A stretch of DNA of 64,000 bases from an uncultured Gemmatimonadales bacterium (GCA_963798845.1 CAWCUS010000001.1:320001-384000); one strand, 5' to 3'; shown: positions 1 through 10,203, numbered from the stretch's first letter. Numbers and translations: made by a program. Notes: a model not told the origin generated them from the sequence alone.

Positions 1-372
1 CTCCTCTACCGCTTCGGCGCCGAGCGACGCCCGAACGGCGTTACGCTGCGCCGCAATGGCATCGGAATCGCCGCACAACCCGGCACGCCCGTGCGCGCCA
101 TCCGCACCGGCACCGTGGTCGCCGCCCGTCGCATGGAGGGCTTCGGCCCCGGCGTCATCATCAGCCACGGCGGCGGCTTCTATTCGCTCTACCTGTACCT
201 GGGGTCCATCGCCGTGCGCGAGGGGCAGGACGTCGCCACCGACCAGGTCCTCGGCACCGTCGGCGCCGGCGCCGAGGAGGGGCCCCACCTGTACCTCCAG
301 ATCCAGGCCCCCATCGGCGGCCAGTCCCCGATCCCAGTGGATCCGATCCCGTGGCTTCAGCCCCGCTCCTGA
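1..372 (+). CDS. M23-family peptidase / EnvC-like murein hydrolase activator, C-terminal part (5'-truncated by window)
   Basis: Frame open from base 1: LLYRFG..NGIGIAAQPGTPVRA..GTVV..FGPGVIISHGGGFYSLYLYL..V.EGQ.V..LGTVG..GPHLYLQI..VDPIPWL. This is a LytM pattern with degenerate Zn ligands, as in EnvC. Confidence 0.85.
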   Translation, partial: LLYRFGAERRPNGVTLRRNGIGIAAQPGTPVRAIRTGTVVAARRMEGFGPGVIISHGGGFYSLYLYLGSIAVREGQDVATDQVLGTVGAGAEEGPHLYLQIQAPIGGQSPIPVDPIPWLQPRS

Positions 373-1502
373 CCCGAATCGTCGGGCACGAAGACGTCCG
401 CCGCGACCTGGCCGCCGCCGTCCGCCGCGGCGAGCTCCCCGGGTCCATCCTCGTCCATGGCCAGCGCGGCGTCGGGAGGCAGACACTCGCCCTCTGGCTC
501 GGCCGCCTCCTCGTGTGCGACGAACCGCAGCCCGACGGGCCGTGCAACCGCTGCCGCTCCTGCCGCCTCGCCATCAAGCTCCAGCACCCCGACGTGCACT
601 GGTTCTTCCCCCTGCCGCGCCCGAGGGGCGCCTCCAACCCCGAGCGCCTCGCCGAAGCCCTCGAGGAAGCGCGCCTCGACTCCATCGCCCAGCGCCGCGC
701 CGACCCGCTCTTCACCAGCCCCGAAGACGAGCCCGTCGGGCTGTTCCTCGCACAGGTGCGCACCATCCGCCGTCTCGGCGCCTCCCGACCCGCCATGGCC
801 CGGCGTCAGGTCTTCATCATCGGCGACGCCGAGCTCCTCGTCCCCCAGGAGGCCAGTGAGGAAGCCGCGAATGCCCTCCTCAAGATCCTCGAAGAGCCGC
901 CGTCCTCGACCTGGTTCATCCTCACCGCTGCCGACCCGGACGTACTCCTCCCTACCCTCCGATCTCGCCTCCTCCCCGTCCGACTCCGGCCTTTCAGCCA
1001 CGCCGCCGTGCACAGCTTTCTCGTCGAGCGCGCCGGCGCCGACCCCGATCAGGCGGACCTGGCCGCCCGCCTCGGGCAGGGCTCCATCGGCCGCGCCCTC
1101 GCCTTCCTCCCCCGGGACGAAGCCCCGGGCCGCGCACTCGAGCTTCGCGCCGCCGCCCGCGCCTGGCTCGCCGCCGCTCTCGCACCCGACCCGGCGCCCC
1201 GCTTCGCCGCAGCCCACGCCGAACGCCCCGGCGGCGCCCGCGGCGCCTTCCGCGACACCCTCGACCTCCTCTCCCTCTGGCTGCGCGATCTCGGCGCCGT
1301 CGCCGCGGCCGCCGACGACCACGTCGTCAACACCGACGCCCTCCCATTCCTCCGCACCGCCGCGCGCGACACCAGGCCTGACGCCATCCCGCTCGCTCTC
1401 CTCGCCGTTGACGACGCCCGCGACGACGGACGCATCAACGCCAATCCCCAGCTCACGCTCGCCCGGCTCCTCTCCCGCCTCCACCATCTCCTCCGCCGCT
1501 GA
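351..1502 (+). CDS. holB: DNA polymerase III subunit delta'
   Basis: Degenerate Walker A (GQRGVGRQT), Zn module C..PCNRCRSC, HPDVH, AANALLKILEEPP, LLPTLRSR. Confidence 0.9.
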   Translation: MASAPLLTRIVGHEDVRRDLAAAVRRGELPGSILVHGQRGVGRQTLALWLGRLLVCDEPQPDGPCNRCRSCRLAIKLQHPDVHWFFPLPRPRGASNPERLAEALEEARLDSIAQRRADPLFTSPEDEPVGLFLAQVRTIRRLGASRPAMARRQVFIIGDAELLVPQEASEEAANALLKILEEPPSSTWFILTAADPDVLLPTLRSRLLPVRLRPFSHAAVHSFLVERAGADPDQADLAARLGQGSIGRALAFLPRDEAPGRALELRAAARAWLAAALAPDPAPRFAAAHAERPGGARGAFRDTLDLLSLWLRDLGAVAAAADDHVVNTDALPFLRTAARDTRPDAIPLALLAVDDARDDGRINANPQLTLARLLSRLHHLLRR

Positions 1503-1694
1503 GCCGGACCCCCGGTCGTCCGGCCGCCCGGTGCCACGAACATAGGACCGGAAATGCCCATGATGACACATAACAATGGCATTTTCTCTGCCTGTTTTCG
1601 TCCAAAGTGCGGGAAACGCGGAGGACGGGAGAGCCATCTTCAAGTGCGACCGTGACTTGCGGTAGGGCGGTTCCGCGCCGTCGGTGGGGCGGCT

Positions 1695-1700
1695 TATCTT
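1695..1700 (+). promoter_or_regulatory. Putative -10 box TATCTT, 6 nt before moaC ATG (leaderless-type)
   Basis: Sequence ttatctt-tgccgg-ATG, with no Shine-Dalgarno between box and start codon. Confidence 0.5.
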
Positions 1701-1706
1701 TGCCGG

Positions 1707-2219
1707 ATGTCGAGCGAGGAGGTGGAGCCACGGCTGAGCCACCAGGACGCGGCCGGACGAGCGCGGATGGTGGATGTCGGGGCGAAAGGGGAGACGCGGC
1801 GGCGCGCTGTGGCGGAGGGCCGGATCCGGATGGATCGGTCGACGTTGGCGGCGCTGGAGGAAGGGCGGACGCCGAAGGGGGACCCGCTGGTGGTGGCGCA
1901 GGTGGCGGGGATCCAGGCGGCGAAGCGGACGTGGGAGCTGATTCCGCTGTGCCATCCGCTTCCTCTGACGAGCGTGGAGCTGGCGCTGGATGCGGACGCC
2001 GGGATTCCCGGGGTTCGCGCGGAGGCCCGGGCGACGGTGGTCGGGCGCACGGGCGTGGAGATGGAGGCGCTGACGGCGGTCTCGGTCGCGCTTCTAACGG
2101 TGTACGACATGCTGAAGGCCGTGGACCGGGAGATGCGGATCGAGGGCATCCGCCTGCTCGAGAAGAGCGGCGGGCGTTCCGGTGAGTGGGCGGCGGACCT
2201 CTCCATGGAGGGTGAATGA
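1707..2219 (+). CDS. moaC: Cyclic pyranopterin monophosphate synthase MoaC
   Basis: [73 protein letters not shown]. Confidence 0.97.
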   Translation: MSSEEVEPRLSHQDAAGRARMVDVGAKGETRRRAVAEGRIRMDRSTLAALEEGRTPKGDPLVVAQVAGIQAAKRTWELIPLCHPLPLTSVELALDADAGIPGVRAEARATVVGRTGVEMEALTAVSVALLTVYDMLKAVDREMRIEGIRLLEKSGGRSGEWAADLSMEGE

Positions 2220-3028
2220 CGAGAGCCAGTGCTGCGGACTCGGGAATGTCGCGGACGGAGCTGCTGCGCGAGCTTGCGCGGCAGGCTGAAGCGCGCGGCC
2301 TCCTGTCGCCGGACGAGGTGGAGGGGCTCCGGAAGAAGGAGCGGCGAGAGGCGGGGGCGCTGTCGCGCTGGGAGTCGGAGCAGGGGGGGCGGATCCGTCG
2401 TCGTGCGGCGGCCGCGTGGGGGCTGATGGGGTCACGCGCACGAGTGAGCGCGATCGCGGCGGTGGCGTTCATCCTGGGTCTCCAGCTGGCGGCGCGCCCG
2501 GACGGCGCTCGCCTTTCGGCGCTCGAGAACGAGGTGTCGAAGGACCGGATTTCGCTGACGGCGAGGAAGGGAGAGCTGGAGCTGGTCCGCATCGAGCTGG
2601 CGCGCTTGAACGAGATCATGACGTACTCGCGTCGCTACGCGATTCCGGCCGACCTGGCCACGGCGATCAACGACATCGCCCTCTCGGAGGGGATCGCGCC
2701 GGCGCTTGCGTTCCGGCTGGTGCAGGTGGAGAGCGGCTTCTACCGCCGTGCGGTGAGCCCGGTGGGCGCCGTGGGGTACGCGCAGCTCATGCCGGCCACG
2801 GCAGTGCAGCTCGACCCGACGATCTCCTACGACGGGCTGTTCGACCGTGACACGAATCTGCGCCTGGGCTTCCGGTACCTGCGCCAACTCCTGGATCGCT
2901 ACGACGGCGACCTGCGCCTGGCGCTTCTCGCGTACAACCGCGGCCCCGGCACAGTGGATTCCATCCGTCGCGACGGCGGCGACCCGGCCAACGGTTACGC
3001 CCGGTCTGTGATGAGCGGCGGCCGCTAG
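2216..3028 (+). CDS. Lytic transglycosylase (SLT domain) with N-terminal hydrophobic segment and coiled coil
   Basis: VQVESGF catalytic Glu, [38 protein letters not shown] overlap with moaC. Confidence 0.9.
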   Translation: MTRASAADSGMSRTELLRELARQAEARGLLSPDEVEGLRKKERREAGALSRWESEQGGRIRRRAAAAWGLMGSRARVSAIAAVAFILGLQLAARPDGARLSALENEVSKDRISLTARKGELELVRIELARLNEIMTYSRRYAIPADLATAINDIALSEGIAPALAFRLVQVESGFYRRAVSPVGAVGYAQLMPATAVQLDPTISYDGLFDRDTNLRLGFRYLRQLLDRYDGDLRLALLAYNRGPGTVDSIRRDGGDPANGYARSVMSGGR

Positions 3029-3062
3029 CCGGGGAGAAGGGCTCCGTCCCGGTCGACGGCCG

Positions 3063-3290
3063 TCAGTCGGAGAGCGTGCCGTGCTCCGGCCGCGGCGCCT
3101 CCGGCCCGTCCACGGTCTCCACCTCCTCCTCGGTGACGCCCACCACCTCTCCGTCGGGGAACTCTACCAGCCATCCTTCCACGCTCGCGGCCGCGTTCTC
3201 CGGCCCCCATCGGCCCACCACCTCACCGGTCCGTCCTCGATACCGTTCCGACTGCTCGTACTGCGGGTTCGTGACGCGCACCCAGTGCAT
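3063..3290 (-). CDS. Small hypothetical protein (75 aa, SH3/KOW-like beta pattern)
   Basis: GGAGG 6 nt before ATG at 3290. MHWVRVTN..YRGRTGEVVG..WLVEFPDGEVVGVTEEEVE. Confidence 0.65.
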   Translation of the reverse strand: MHWVRVTNPQYEQSERYRGRTGEVVGRWGPENAAASVEGWLVEFPDGEVVGVTEEEVETVDGPEAPRPEHGTLSD

Positions 3291-3339
3291 GACGGGCCTC
3301 CAGCTGCTTCCGTGGATGGTTCGCTCCACGGGCCGGGAG

Positions 3340-3355
3340 TGCACGAGCCGGGCCA
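3340..3355 (-). promoter_or_regulatory. sigma54-like -24/-12 promoter TGGCCC-GGCTC-GTGCA
   Basis: GG-N10-GC spacing, 51 nt upstream of the ATG at 3290. Confidence 0.5.
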
Positions 3356-3397
3356 GTGAGGGATCCGTTCACGGCCTCCGGTCTCGACGCGCGGCCA

Positions 3398-4780
3398 TCA
3401 CGCCTGGAGACGAAGCTTCTGCCCGGGATAGATCCGGTTGCCGATCCCGTTCCAGCTCCGGATCTGCGAGACCGAGACGCCGTGCTGATGGGCGATGTCC
3501 CAGAGCGTGTCGCCGTGGCGCACCCGGTACGTCGTCCACGAAGGCACGTCCGGCTGCGCCGTGCCGACGGCCAGCGCTGTGCCCGCGACCGGGACTCGGA
3601 CGGCGTCACCCACCTGGAGTCCACGCGGGTCGATGCCGGCGTTGCTCGAGCGCAGCGCGTCGATGTCCACGCCATACCGGTGCGCGATGTGGCTCAGCGT
3701 CTCGCCGCGCCGGACCCGGTGGATCACCGTTGCGAGCTTCGCGTCGGCATCGAGCCGGTTGAGCGAGGCGACCAGCTTCGCCCCCGATCCCACCGGCACC
3801 CGCACGGGCCACTCCCGGTCCGGCGGAGTCATTCGGCGGACCAGCTGCGGATTGAGGTCGGACACCGCGTCCTCATCCACGCCTGCGGCGTCCGCCACCG
3901 TCGACAGCGCCACACCTCCCGGCACCTTCACCTCATCGTACGAGAGCGGCGCCTGCTGCTCGATGCCATAAAAACCGTACCGGTTCGGATCCTTCGCGAT
4001 ATAGCCCGCCGCCAGCATGAGCGGCACGTAATCACGCGTCTCCCGCGGCAGGTAGTCGTCGATCTTCCAGAACAGAGACTCGTCCCCCTTACGGCCATCC
4101 GCACGCTGTCGGAGGACCCGCTCCACCCGGTTCTCCCCCGTGTTGTACGCCGCCGCCGCCAGATACCAGCTGCCGAACCGGTCGTGCAGGTCCGACAGGT
4201 AGTCCAGCGCCGCGTCCGTCGCCCTCACCGGGTCCCGCCGCTCGTCCACGTACGTCGACACTTCCAGACCGTAGCGACGACCCGTCTCCGCAATGAACTG
4301 CCAGAGGCCCGCCGCCCGCGCCTTAGAGTACGCCTTCGGCGACAGCCCGCTCTCGATCATTCCCAGGTAAAGCAGGTCTTCCGGCATCCCCCGCGCCCGA
4401 AGCTGTGACCGGATGAACGCGCCGTACCTGCCTTCCCGCTCCAGCCACGCGTGGGTGTGGTCCCGGTTCTTCCCCTTCAGGAAGTCGATCCACCACTGCA
4501 CCCGGTCGTTGTACGTCACCGGCAGGTCCCACGACTCCGTCGACCGCGTTTCCAGCGTCCCTGACGCGAACCGCACCACACCCGGCTCCGTCTCCACCCC
4601 CGCGAGCGTCGGCACAGCCGCCCCCGCACCCGCGGCGCCGACCATGTCCAAACCCGCCTCGAGAATCTGGTCCACCGGCGCCGGATCGGTTCCCGGATCC
4701 GGCCGTTGCGCGGCCCACGCGCCCATCCCGAGCACCGTCGCTGCGCCGGCCACCACAGCCGCAAGTGTGCGTCGATTCAT
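3398..4780 (-). CDS. mltD: Membrane-bound lytic murein transglycosylase D-like (SLT + LysM domains)
   Basis: N-terminal signal, PEDLLYLGMIESG, AAGLWQFI..TG, DERRDP, AAYNTGE, ETRDYVP, C-terminal LysM repeats (HRVRRGETLSHIA; YRVRHGDTLWDIA). Confidence 0.9.
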   Translation of the reverse strand: MNRRTLAAVVAGAATVLGMGAWAAQRPDPGTDPAPVDQILEAGLDMVGAAGAGAAVPTLAGVETEPGVVRFASGTLETRSTESWDLPVTYNDRVQWWIDFLKGKNRDHTHAWLEREGRYGAFIRSQLRARGMPEDLLYLGMIESGLSPKAYSKARAAGLWQFIAETGRRYGLEVSTYVDERRDPVRATDAALDYLSDLHDRFGSWYLAAAAYNTGENRVERVLRQRADGRKGDESLFWKIDDYLPRETRDYVPLMLAAGYIAKDPNRYGFYGIEQQAPLSYDEVKVPGGVALSTVADAAGVDEDAVSDLNPQLVRRMTPPDREWPVRVPVGSGAKLVASLNRLDADAKLATVIHRVRRGETLSHIAHRYGVDIDALRSSNAGIDPRGLQVGDAVRVPVAGTALAVGTAQPDVPSWTTYRVRHGDTLWDIAHQHGVSVSQIRSWNGIGNRIYPGQKLRLQA

Positions 4781-4893
4781 ACGCCTCCTCCACAGGGGAT
4801 CACCGGCGATGATAACCGCCCCGAAGACATATGTTCCGGGGCGGGGACGACACTGTAAGTCGCTGCGGCGGTTGGACTAAACGGTCAGAAGGG

Positions 4894-5520
4894 TCAGTCG
4901 GCCGTGTGCAGGAAGTTGCCCAGCGTGCGGTTCAGCGCGCTGAGCACCGCGAGGGAGGCGGCGGCGAGGAGGTCGTCGCCGACCATGACGGCCCCCACGA
5001 GGCGACGGCTGCCACCGTTCAGGAGGAGGAGAGAAGCGACCATGAGGTCGGAGTCGAAGGCGTGGAGTACCTTGACGCCGATCAGGCGGATCGAGAGGTC
5101 GGTGGCGGTGACGGCCTGGACTGCCTCCACGGCGGCGCGGGCGGCAGTGCGGAGCTCGATGGCGTCGCCCCTCTCCCCTTCGGCGGAGCCGGTGTGCGTG
5201 CGATCGTTCCACTCGAGGCGCACGCTGACGGTGACGCGCTCGTTGTCCTCGTCGCGGCGGACGTCTACGAAGCGGACGCGACGCCGGAGCCCGGGCGCGC
5301 TGGGGAGCGTGATGTGGACGTCCAAGTGCGCGGGATCGTATCCCAGTGCCGCGATTCGGTTGCGGACGGCCAGGTCGAGAGGCCCGCGATCGAAGCTGGG
5401 GTCGCCGACGACCCAGAGGTCGTTCGAGCGGATGTCGAAGGACGCGTGCAGCACGCCGTCGAGCCGATCGATCTGCTCTTCGAGCGCCGCCCGCGCGCTG
5501 GGCTCCAGTTGCGCCACCAT
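4894..5520 (-). CDS. Hypothetical protein (C-terminal beta/alpha domain ending AVLSALNR)
   Basis: Protein-like 208-aa ORF with its own promoter. The tail resembles LeuA allosteric-domain-like hypotheticals. Confidence 0.7.
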   Translation of the reverse strand: MVAQLEPSARAALEEQIDRLDGVLHASFDIRSNDLWVVGDPSFDRGPLDLAVRNRIAALGYDPAHLDVHITLPSAPGLRRRVRFVDVRRDEDNERVTVSVRLEWNDRTHTGSAEGERGDAIELRTAARAAVEAVQAVTATDLSIRLIGVKVLHAFDSDLMVASLLLLNGGSRRLVGAVMVGDDLLAAASLAVLSALNRTLGNFLHTAD

Positions 5521-5582
5521 GGTCAAGACCGGGTTCTCTGCGCGATAGCAGCGAGGGGAGAGGCGGCGGGACCGTCACACCG

Positions 5583-5612
5583 AAGATAGGCGACGCCTCG
5601 CCCCGGGGTCAA
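5583..5612 (-). promoter_or_regulatory. sigma70-type promoter TTGACC-N18-TATCTT
   Basis: Reverse complements of ggtcaa (5607-5612) and aagata (5583-5588), upstream of the gene starting at 5520. Confidence 0.55.
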
Positions 5613-5695
5613 GCGAGGCGGTGAGGAGGGTGGAGCGGTCGCGAGGGGGCAGTGGCAGGCGACCGGCGCACCTGGCCGGGCGCCGGCCCCGCGGG

Positions 5696-6821
5696 TCAGA
5701 AGCGCAGTAGCGCGCCCACGCCGCCGATGTCCTCGACGGCAGGCGCGGCAACGAAGTCGATGGTGACGGCCTGCTCCTCGGCGATGCGGACCATTTCCTC
5801 CACCAGCTCCACCCCGTCGCGCACTTCGCCGCCGCAGTAGGGGCAGTTGCCGGATGTGCGGTCGAGAACGAACTCGCAGCGGCCGCAGCGGCCGCCCGCG
5901 CGGTCGATCCCCCGGGCGACGACGAGGGTCTCGATCTTCCCCTCCTGGAGGCGCTGGAGCGTGTCGGAGAAGCCGGCTACGGCCTTGTGGGAGGTCTCGA
6001 CGCGGTCGTGGATACGGTCGATGGCGCGGGCTTCCTCCTCCTGCAGCATGTGCTCGAAGACACCGGCCAGCTTGCCTCGGATCTCGGCGGGCGAGGCATC
6101 GATCTCCATTCGGTCCGTATGGACGATCTTCCTCCTGAGGGCATCCGGGAAGCACTCCTTGAAGCGGGTCACGTTTTCGTGAGTTCCGAGGAGCGTCAGG
6201 TCGTCCGGGCGGTGCACGCGCACGAAGTCCTCCACCTCGCGGCAGAACTCCTTGAAGAAGTGCTTGGTCTCCTCGGCCTTCCTCGCCTGGTAGTCGCGCG
6301 CGGAGAAGCCCCCGCGCTGGATGTCGTGCGCTGTGGGGTACGGCTCCGTCTCGACGGAGCGCTCGTGCAGCGTCTGGTCGAGATAGAAGCTGAGGAGCCT
6401 GAGGTGCTCGCGGTCGACCAGGATCACGCCGGTGATGGTGGTAGCGCTGCACCACTTCCACGAGGGGGGAGACCACGGGGCGCTGGTCGAAGACGAGCCG
6501 ATTGTCCAGCGGAAGCGGCAGCTGGTGGGCCTGGAGCCACTCGCCGCCCACCTCGAGGTAGAGCGCCACCCCCTTGTTCGCCTCGTCATACTCGCGGTCG
6601 AGCCAGGAGCGGACGCGCGCGAACGCTTCCCCGAGGGCCTCGCGGTGGTGCCCTTCGCGGTCGCTGTCGAGCTCCTTGAACGAGGATTCCTGTCGGGAAA
6701 GGAAGACGTGGTGCGTGCGCTTGTTGTCCGAGTTGACGGACATGTCCAGGAACAGGGAGAGAACGTTGCGGCCGGTGGCCGGACGGTCGAGCAGCGGCCG
6801 GATGTCGTCGCGTGAGATCAT
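5696..6821 (-). pseudogene. Bacterial aeRF1-like release-factor family protein (baeRF, Zn-ribbon C-terminus), ~374 aa, split by a +1 frameshift at 6431-6432
   Basis: N-half MISRDDIRPLL..VLSLFLD..GVALY..LPLPLDNRLV joins C-half GVILVDREHLRL..GGFSARDYQAR..AVAGFSDTLQRLQEGKIETLVV..CGRC..CPYCG..IGGVGALLRF if one C is removed (CAC C GGC GTG). Confidence 0.8.
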
Positions 6822-6867
6822 GGGTGTTCTGGCCGGTGGATACCTGGGGTGTTCCACGACGAGGGGG

Positions 6868-6883
6868 CGCAAGAAACAGGCCC
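6868..6883 (-). promoter_or_regulatory. sigma54-like promoter GGGCCT-GTTTC-TTGCG
   Basis: GG-N10-GC with canonical TTGC, 48 nt upstream of the baeRF ATG. Confidence 0.5.
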
Positions 6884-7079
6884 CACGGGCCGCCGGCGAC
6901 GAGCGCCAGGCGACACGCCCGCCGGGTCCGTTCCGTGGCCGCCGCGACGCCACCGGGAACCGCCGGGACCGGGGCGGCCGGGTGGATTCGGGGCGGTCAT
7001 CCGGGTGCGTCCGGAGCCGCTTCCCGGCCCGATGATCGGCGCGATCAGCGGCGCCCGCTTCTTCTCACGAGACGCGGAG

Positions 7080-8549
7080 CTACAGGTGGTAGTTCGGTGC
7101 TTCCCGCGTGATCGCCACGTCGTGGGGATGGGACTCACGGAGCCCGCCGCCGGTGATGCTCACGAACCTGGCGTCGGTGCGGAGCGCGGTGATGTCGGCC
7201 ACGCCGCAGTACCCCATGCCGCTGCGGAGCCCACCCACCAGCTGATAGATGACGTCGGAAACGGGGCCCTTGTAGGGAACGCGCCCTTCGATCCCCTCGG
7301 GGACGAACTTCCGACCCTCGTTCTGGTCCTGGAAATACCGGTCGGCGGAGCCTTCCTCCATTGCGGAGAGGGAACCCATGCCGCGAACGATCTTGAAGCG
7401 CCGCCCCTCGAGGAGGAAGCTCTCGCCCGGGCTCTCCTCCGTTCCGGCGAGCAGCGAGCCCATCATGACGGCGTGGGCGCCCGCGGCGATGGCCTTGACG
7501 ATGTCGCCCGAGTACCGGATGCCGCCGTCGGCCACCACGGTCGTGTCCTCCCCGACGCCCTCCACGGCCTCCATGATGGCCGTGAGCTGGGGCACTCCCA
7601 CGCCCGTGACCACGCGCGTGGTGCAGATGCTGCCAGGGCCGATCCCGACCTTGACGACGTCGGCGCCGCGCTCGGCCAGCGCCTTCGCGCCTTCGGCCGT
7701 GCCCACGTTGCCCGCCATGATCTCGGTGTCCGGGAACCGGTTGCGAAGGGTTTCCAGCGCGCTGAGGACGCCGGCGGAATGGCCGTGGGCGGTGTCGATC
7801 ACCAGCAGGTCACAGCCGGCGTCGACGAGCTGCTGAGCGCGTGAGAGGTCGCCCCATGCCGTCCCGACGGCAGCGGCCACCCGGAGCCGGCCGTGCTCGT
7901 CCTTGCAGGCGTTGGGGTAGGCGCGACGCTTGAAGATGTCCTTCACGGTGATCAGACCCCGGAGCTGCCCGGCCTCGTCGACGACGGGAAGCTTTTCGAT
8001 GCGGTGCCGGTGGAGGATGCGCTCTGCCTCCTCGAGCGAGGTGCCGACGGGCGCGGTGACCAGGTTCTCACTGGTCATGACCGCCCGGATAGGCTGGTCC
8101 AGCTCGGTCTCGAACTGGAGATCGCGGTTCGTGATGATCCCCGCCAGGCGTCCGTCGTCGCCGACGATGGGGACGCCGCTGATGGAGAACTGCGCCATCA
8201 GCTGGTGCGCGTCCCTGAGCGAGGCGTCGGCACCGAGAGTGATCGGGTTCATGATCATCCCGCTCTCCGAGCGCTTCACCCGGTCCACCTCCGCAGCCTG
8301 GCGGTCGGTGGACATGTTCTTGTGGATCACCCCGATCCCGCCCTCCCTTGCCATGGCGATGGCCATCCTCGACTCGGTGACCGTGTCCATGGCCGCGGCG
8401 ATCATCGGGATCTGGAGCTCGATCCGCTCCGTGAGGCGCGTCACCACGGACGTGTTCCGCGGGTGAACTTCCGAGTACCTCGGCACCAGCAAGACGTCGT
8501 CGAACGTCAGCGCTTCCCCCAGGATCCGATCGCGCCCCGCTTCCGTCAT
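7080..8549 (-). CDS. guaB: Inosine-5'-monophosphate dehydrogenase (with CBS pair)
   Basis: [73 protein letters not shown]. Confidence 0.98.
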   Translation of the reverse strand: MTEAGRDRILGEALTFDDVLLVPRYSEVHPRNTSVVTRLTERIELQIPMIAAAMDTVTESRMAIAMAREGGIGVIHKNMSTDRQAAEVDRVKRSESGMIMNPITLGADASLRDAHQLMAQFSISGVPIVGDDGRLAGIITNRDLQFETELDQPIRAVMTSENLVTAPVGTSLEEAERILHRHRIEKLPVVDEAGQLRGLITVKDIFKRRAYPNACKDEHGRLRVAAAVGTAWGDLSRAQQLVDAGCDLLVIDTAHGHSAGVLSALETLRNRFPDTEIMAGNVGTAEGAKALAERGADVVKVGIGPGSICTTRVVTGVGVPQLTAIMEAVEGVGEDTTVVADGGIRYSGDIVKAIAAGAHAVMMGSLLAGTEESPGESFLLEGRRFKIVRGMGSLSAMEEGSADRYFQDQNEGRKFVPEGIEGRVPYKGPVSDVIYQLVGGLRSGMGYCGVADITALRTDARFVSITGGGLRESHPHDVAITREAPNYHL

Positions 8550-8672
8550 TGCCCCTCCCCGATGCACGACACCCGCGAGCCGCCGATCGGCGATCCCGCG
8601 GGTGTTTGGTCTGTCCGGATTCGAATGTTCCCTCGTTCCATGGCGGAACCTACGGGCCGCCCATCGAGGGTG

Positions 8673-9041
8673 TCAAGATTCCGGAGCCCCACCCCGCTTG
8701 TCCGCTCCCGTGGTGGTGTCCGGCGCCGGCGGCTCGCGCGGGGGCTCGGTCTCGCTGGCGCCGTTCGGGGGCCCCTGCACGAGGCCGCGGACCCCGTCGA
8801 AGAACTTCCCGGCCGAGCTCATGAGACGCATGGTCCCCTTCATGGCCTTGGGGGCGAGGGAGCGGACGCGCATCTGGTCCTCTACGCGCTCTGCGAACTG
8901 CTGAAAGGGGTCGGGCTTGCGGGAAATGGTCGCAGCGTACTTGGCCTCCAGGAACTCGATATAGTCGAGCACCTGGTACAGCTGCGCTTCCGGCAGCGCT
9001 TCCAGCTTGCGCAGCACCCGCTTCTTCGTGACGTCTTCCAT
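8673..9041 (-). CDS. Hypothetical protein, DUF2281-like N-terminus
   Basis: GGAGG before ATG. LEALPEAQLYQVLDYIEFLEAKY helical-hairpin pattern. Confidence 0.7.
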   Translation of the reverse strand: MEDVTKKRVLRKLEALPEAQLYQVLDYIEFLEAKYAATISRKPDPFQQFAERVEDQMRVRSLAPKAMKGTMRLMSSAGKFFDGVRGLVQGPPNGASETEPPREPPAPDTTTGADKRGGAPES

Positions 9042-9298
9042 GCATCCTCCCTGGACCACTCGTCGTCGCGCCACACTCTACGCGGAAGCTATGCCCGGGG
9101 TTTCTCCCGGGTAAGGCCCTGCGTCCCGGACCCGGACACGCCTGAACCGCCACCGCGTGCCTGGAAGTGGCGGCGCCTCCGTCGTCCGCATGCCACGGCA
9201 TGGAACCCGCGTGCCGCCGTGGGGTTTTCTGCACGCGACCGAGCACACCGAGGACGACGCCGGCTCACGGCGTCGTTTTGCATCAGGGGAGCCAGGCC

Positions 9299-10126
9299 AT
9301 GGCGATGGAGTTCCTGCCACTGAGGAAGGTAGCGATCCCGGACGCCACCGCGCGGGAGTACGACCGCTGGGTGGGTGGCCTCGACGAGCGTCTGGGAGAC
9401 GAGAGCATCGACCGGAACGAGGTCGTCCGCGAGGTGCTCACGGCCATTTACTACCCGCAGTACGTGGACGCGGACCCGCGCGAGCTGCCGGCAACCACTC
9501 GCATCGCGCTGCTCCAGATGGATCCCCGCAACGTGACGCTGGAGCCGGAGTACTATCGCGACATCGACGCGGAGCGGTACGGCCGCGTGAAGCCGATCCA
9601 GTGGCTGTGGGAGACCTTCGACCGGAGCCCGCTGGGCGAAAACGTGCACCTGGGCGTCAAGCTCCGGCGCGTGCTCGCCCGGCACGCGTTCCGCACGGTG
9701 GGGCGCAACTTCAAGGCGTTCCACCAGGTCAAGTTCTCCTTCGGCTACAACCTCGAGATCGGCGACGACGTGGTGGTGCACCGTCACGTACTGCTCGACG
9801 ACCGCGGTGGGATCCGGATCGGGAACGATGCTTCGATCTCCGACTACGCCAACATCTACAGCCACACCCACGCCCTGTACGACGGCCGGTACGTGGACTG
9901 TCCGCAGACCATCATCGGGGACGGCGTCCGTGTCACCTACCACGCCACGGTCCTGGGAGGCATCCACCTAGAGGCGGACGCCATGCTCGGCTCGATGGCG
10001 GTCGCGACCCGCAACGTGGAGTCCGGGAAGGTGGCGCTGGGCATCCCGGCCGTGCCGAAGCTGAGCAAGCCTGCCATGGCGGACCGCCCCCGATCCCCGG
10101 AGACCAGCGACCCGCTCTGCGACTGA
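9299..10126 (+). CDS. Hexapeptide-repeat (left-handed beta-helix) acyltransferase
   Basis: [73 protein letters not shown]-like AGGGGA. Confidence 0.85.
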   Translation: MAMEFLPLRKVAIPDATAREYDRWVGGLDERLGDESIDRNEVVREVLTAIYYPQYVDADPRELPATTRIALLQMDPRNVTLEPEYYRDIDAERYGRVKPIQWLWETFDRSPLGENVHLGVKLRRVLARHAFRTVGRNFKAFHQVKFSFGYNLEIGDDVVVHRHVLLDDRGGIRIGNDASISDYANIYSHTHALYDGRYVDCPQTIIGDGVRVTYHATVLGGIHLEADAMLGSMAVATRNVESGKVALGIPAVPKLSKPAMADRPRSPETSDPLCD

Positions 10127-10203
10127 CGGGTGCGACAGGGGTCGGGCCCGGCTATACTGTTCTGTTCCACTCCACAAGAATGAGCCGAAGGAGGACCATT
10201 CCG

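Noticed and set aside
1503..1706. Moco/Wco riboswitch upstream of moaC
   Set aside because: I could not find the motif's conserved elements, and a -10 right before the ATG implies no leader. Only an imperfect AAATGC..GCATTT dyad is present.
9157..10203. N-terminal 349 aa of the 921-aa ORF, suggesting a large fusion with the M28 peptidase
   Set aside because: It is an off-frame overlap of the acyltransferase. The real start is 10204, with an SD and a lipoprotein signal.
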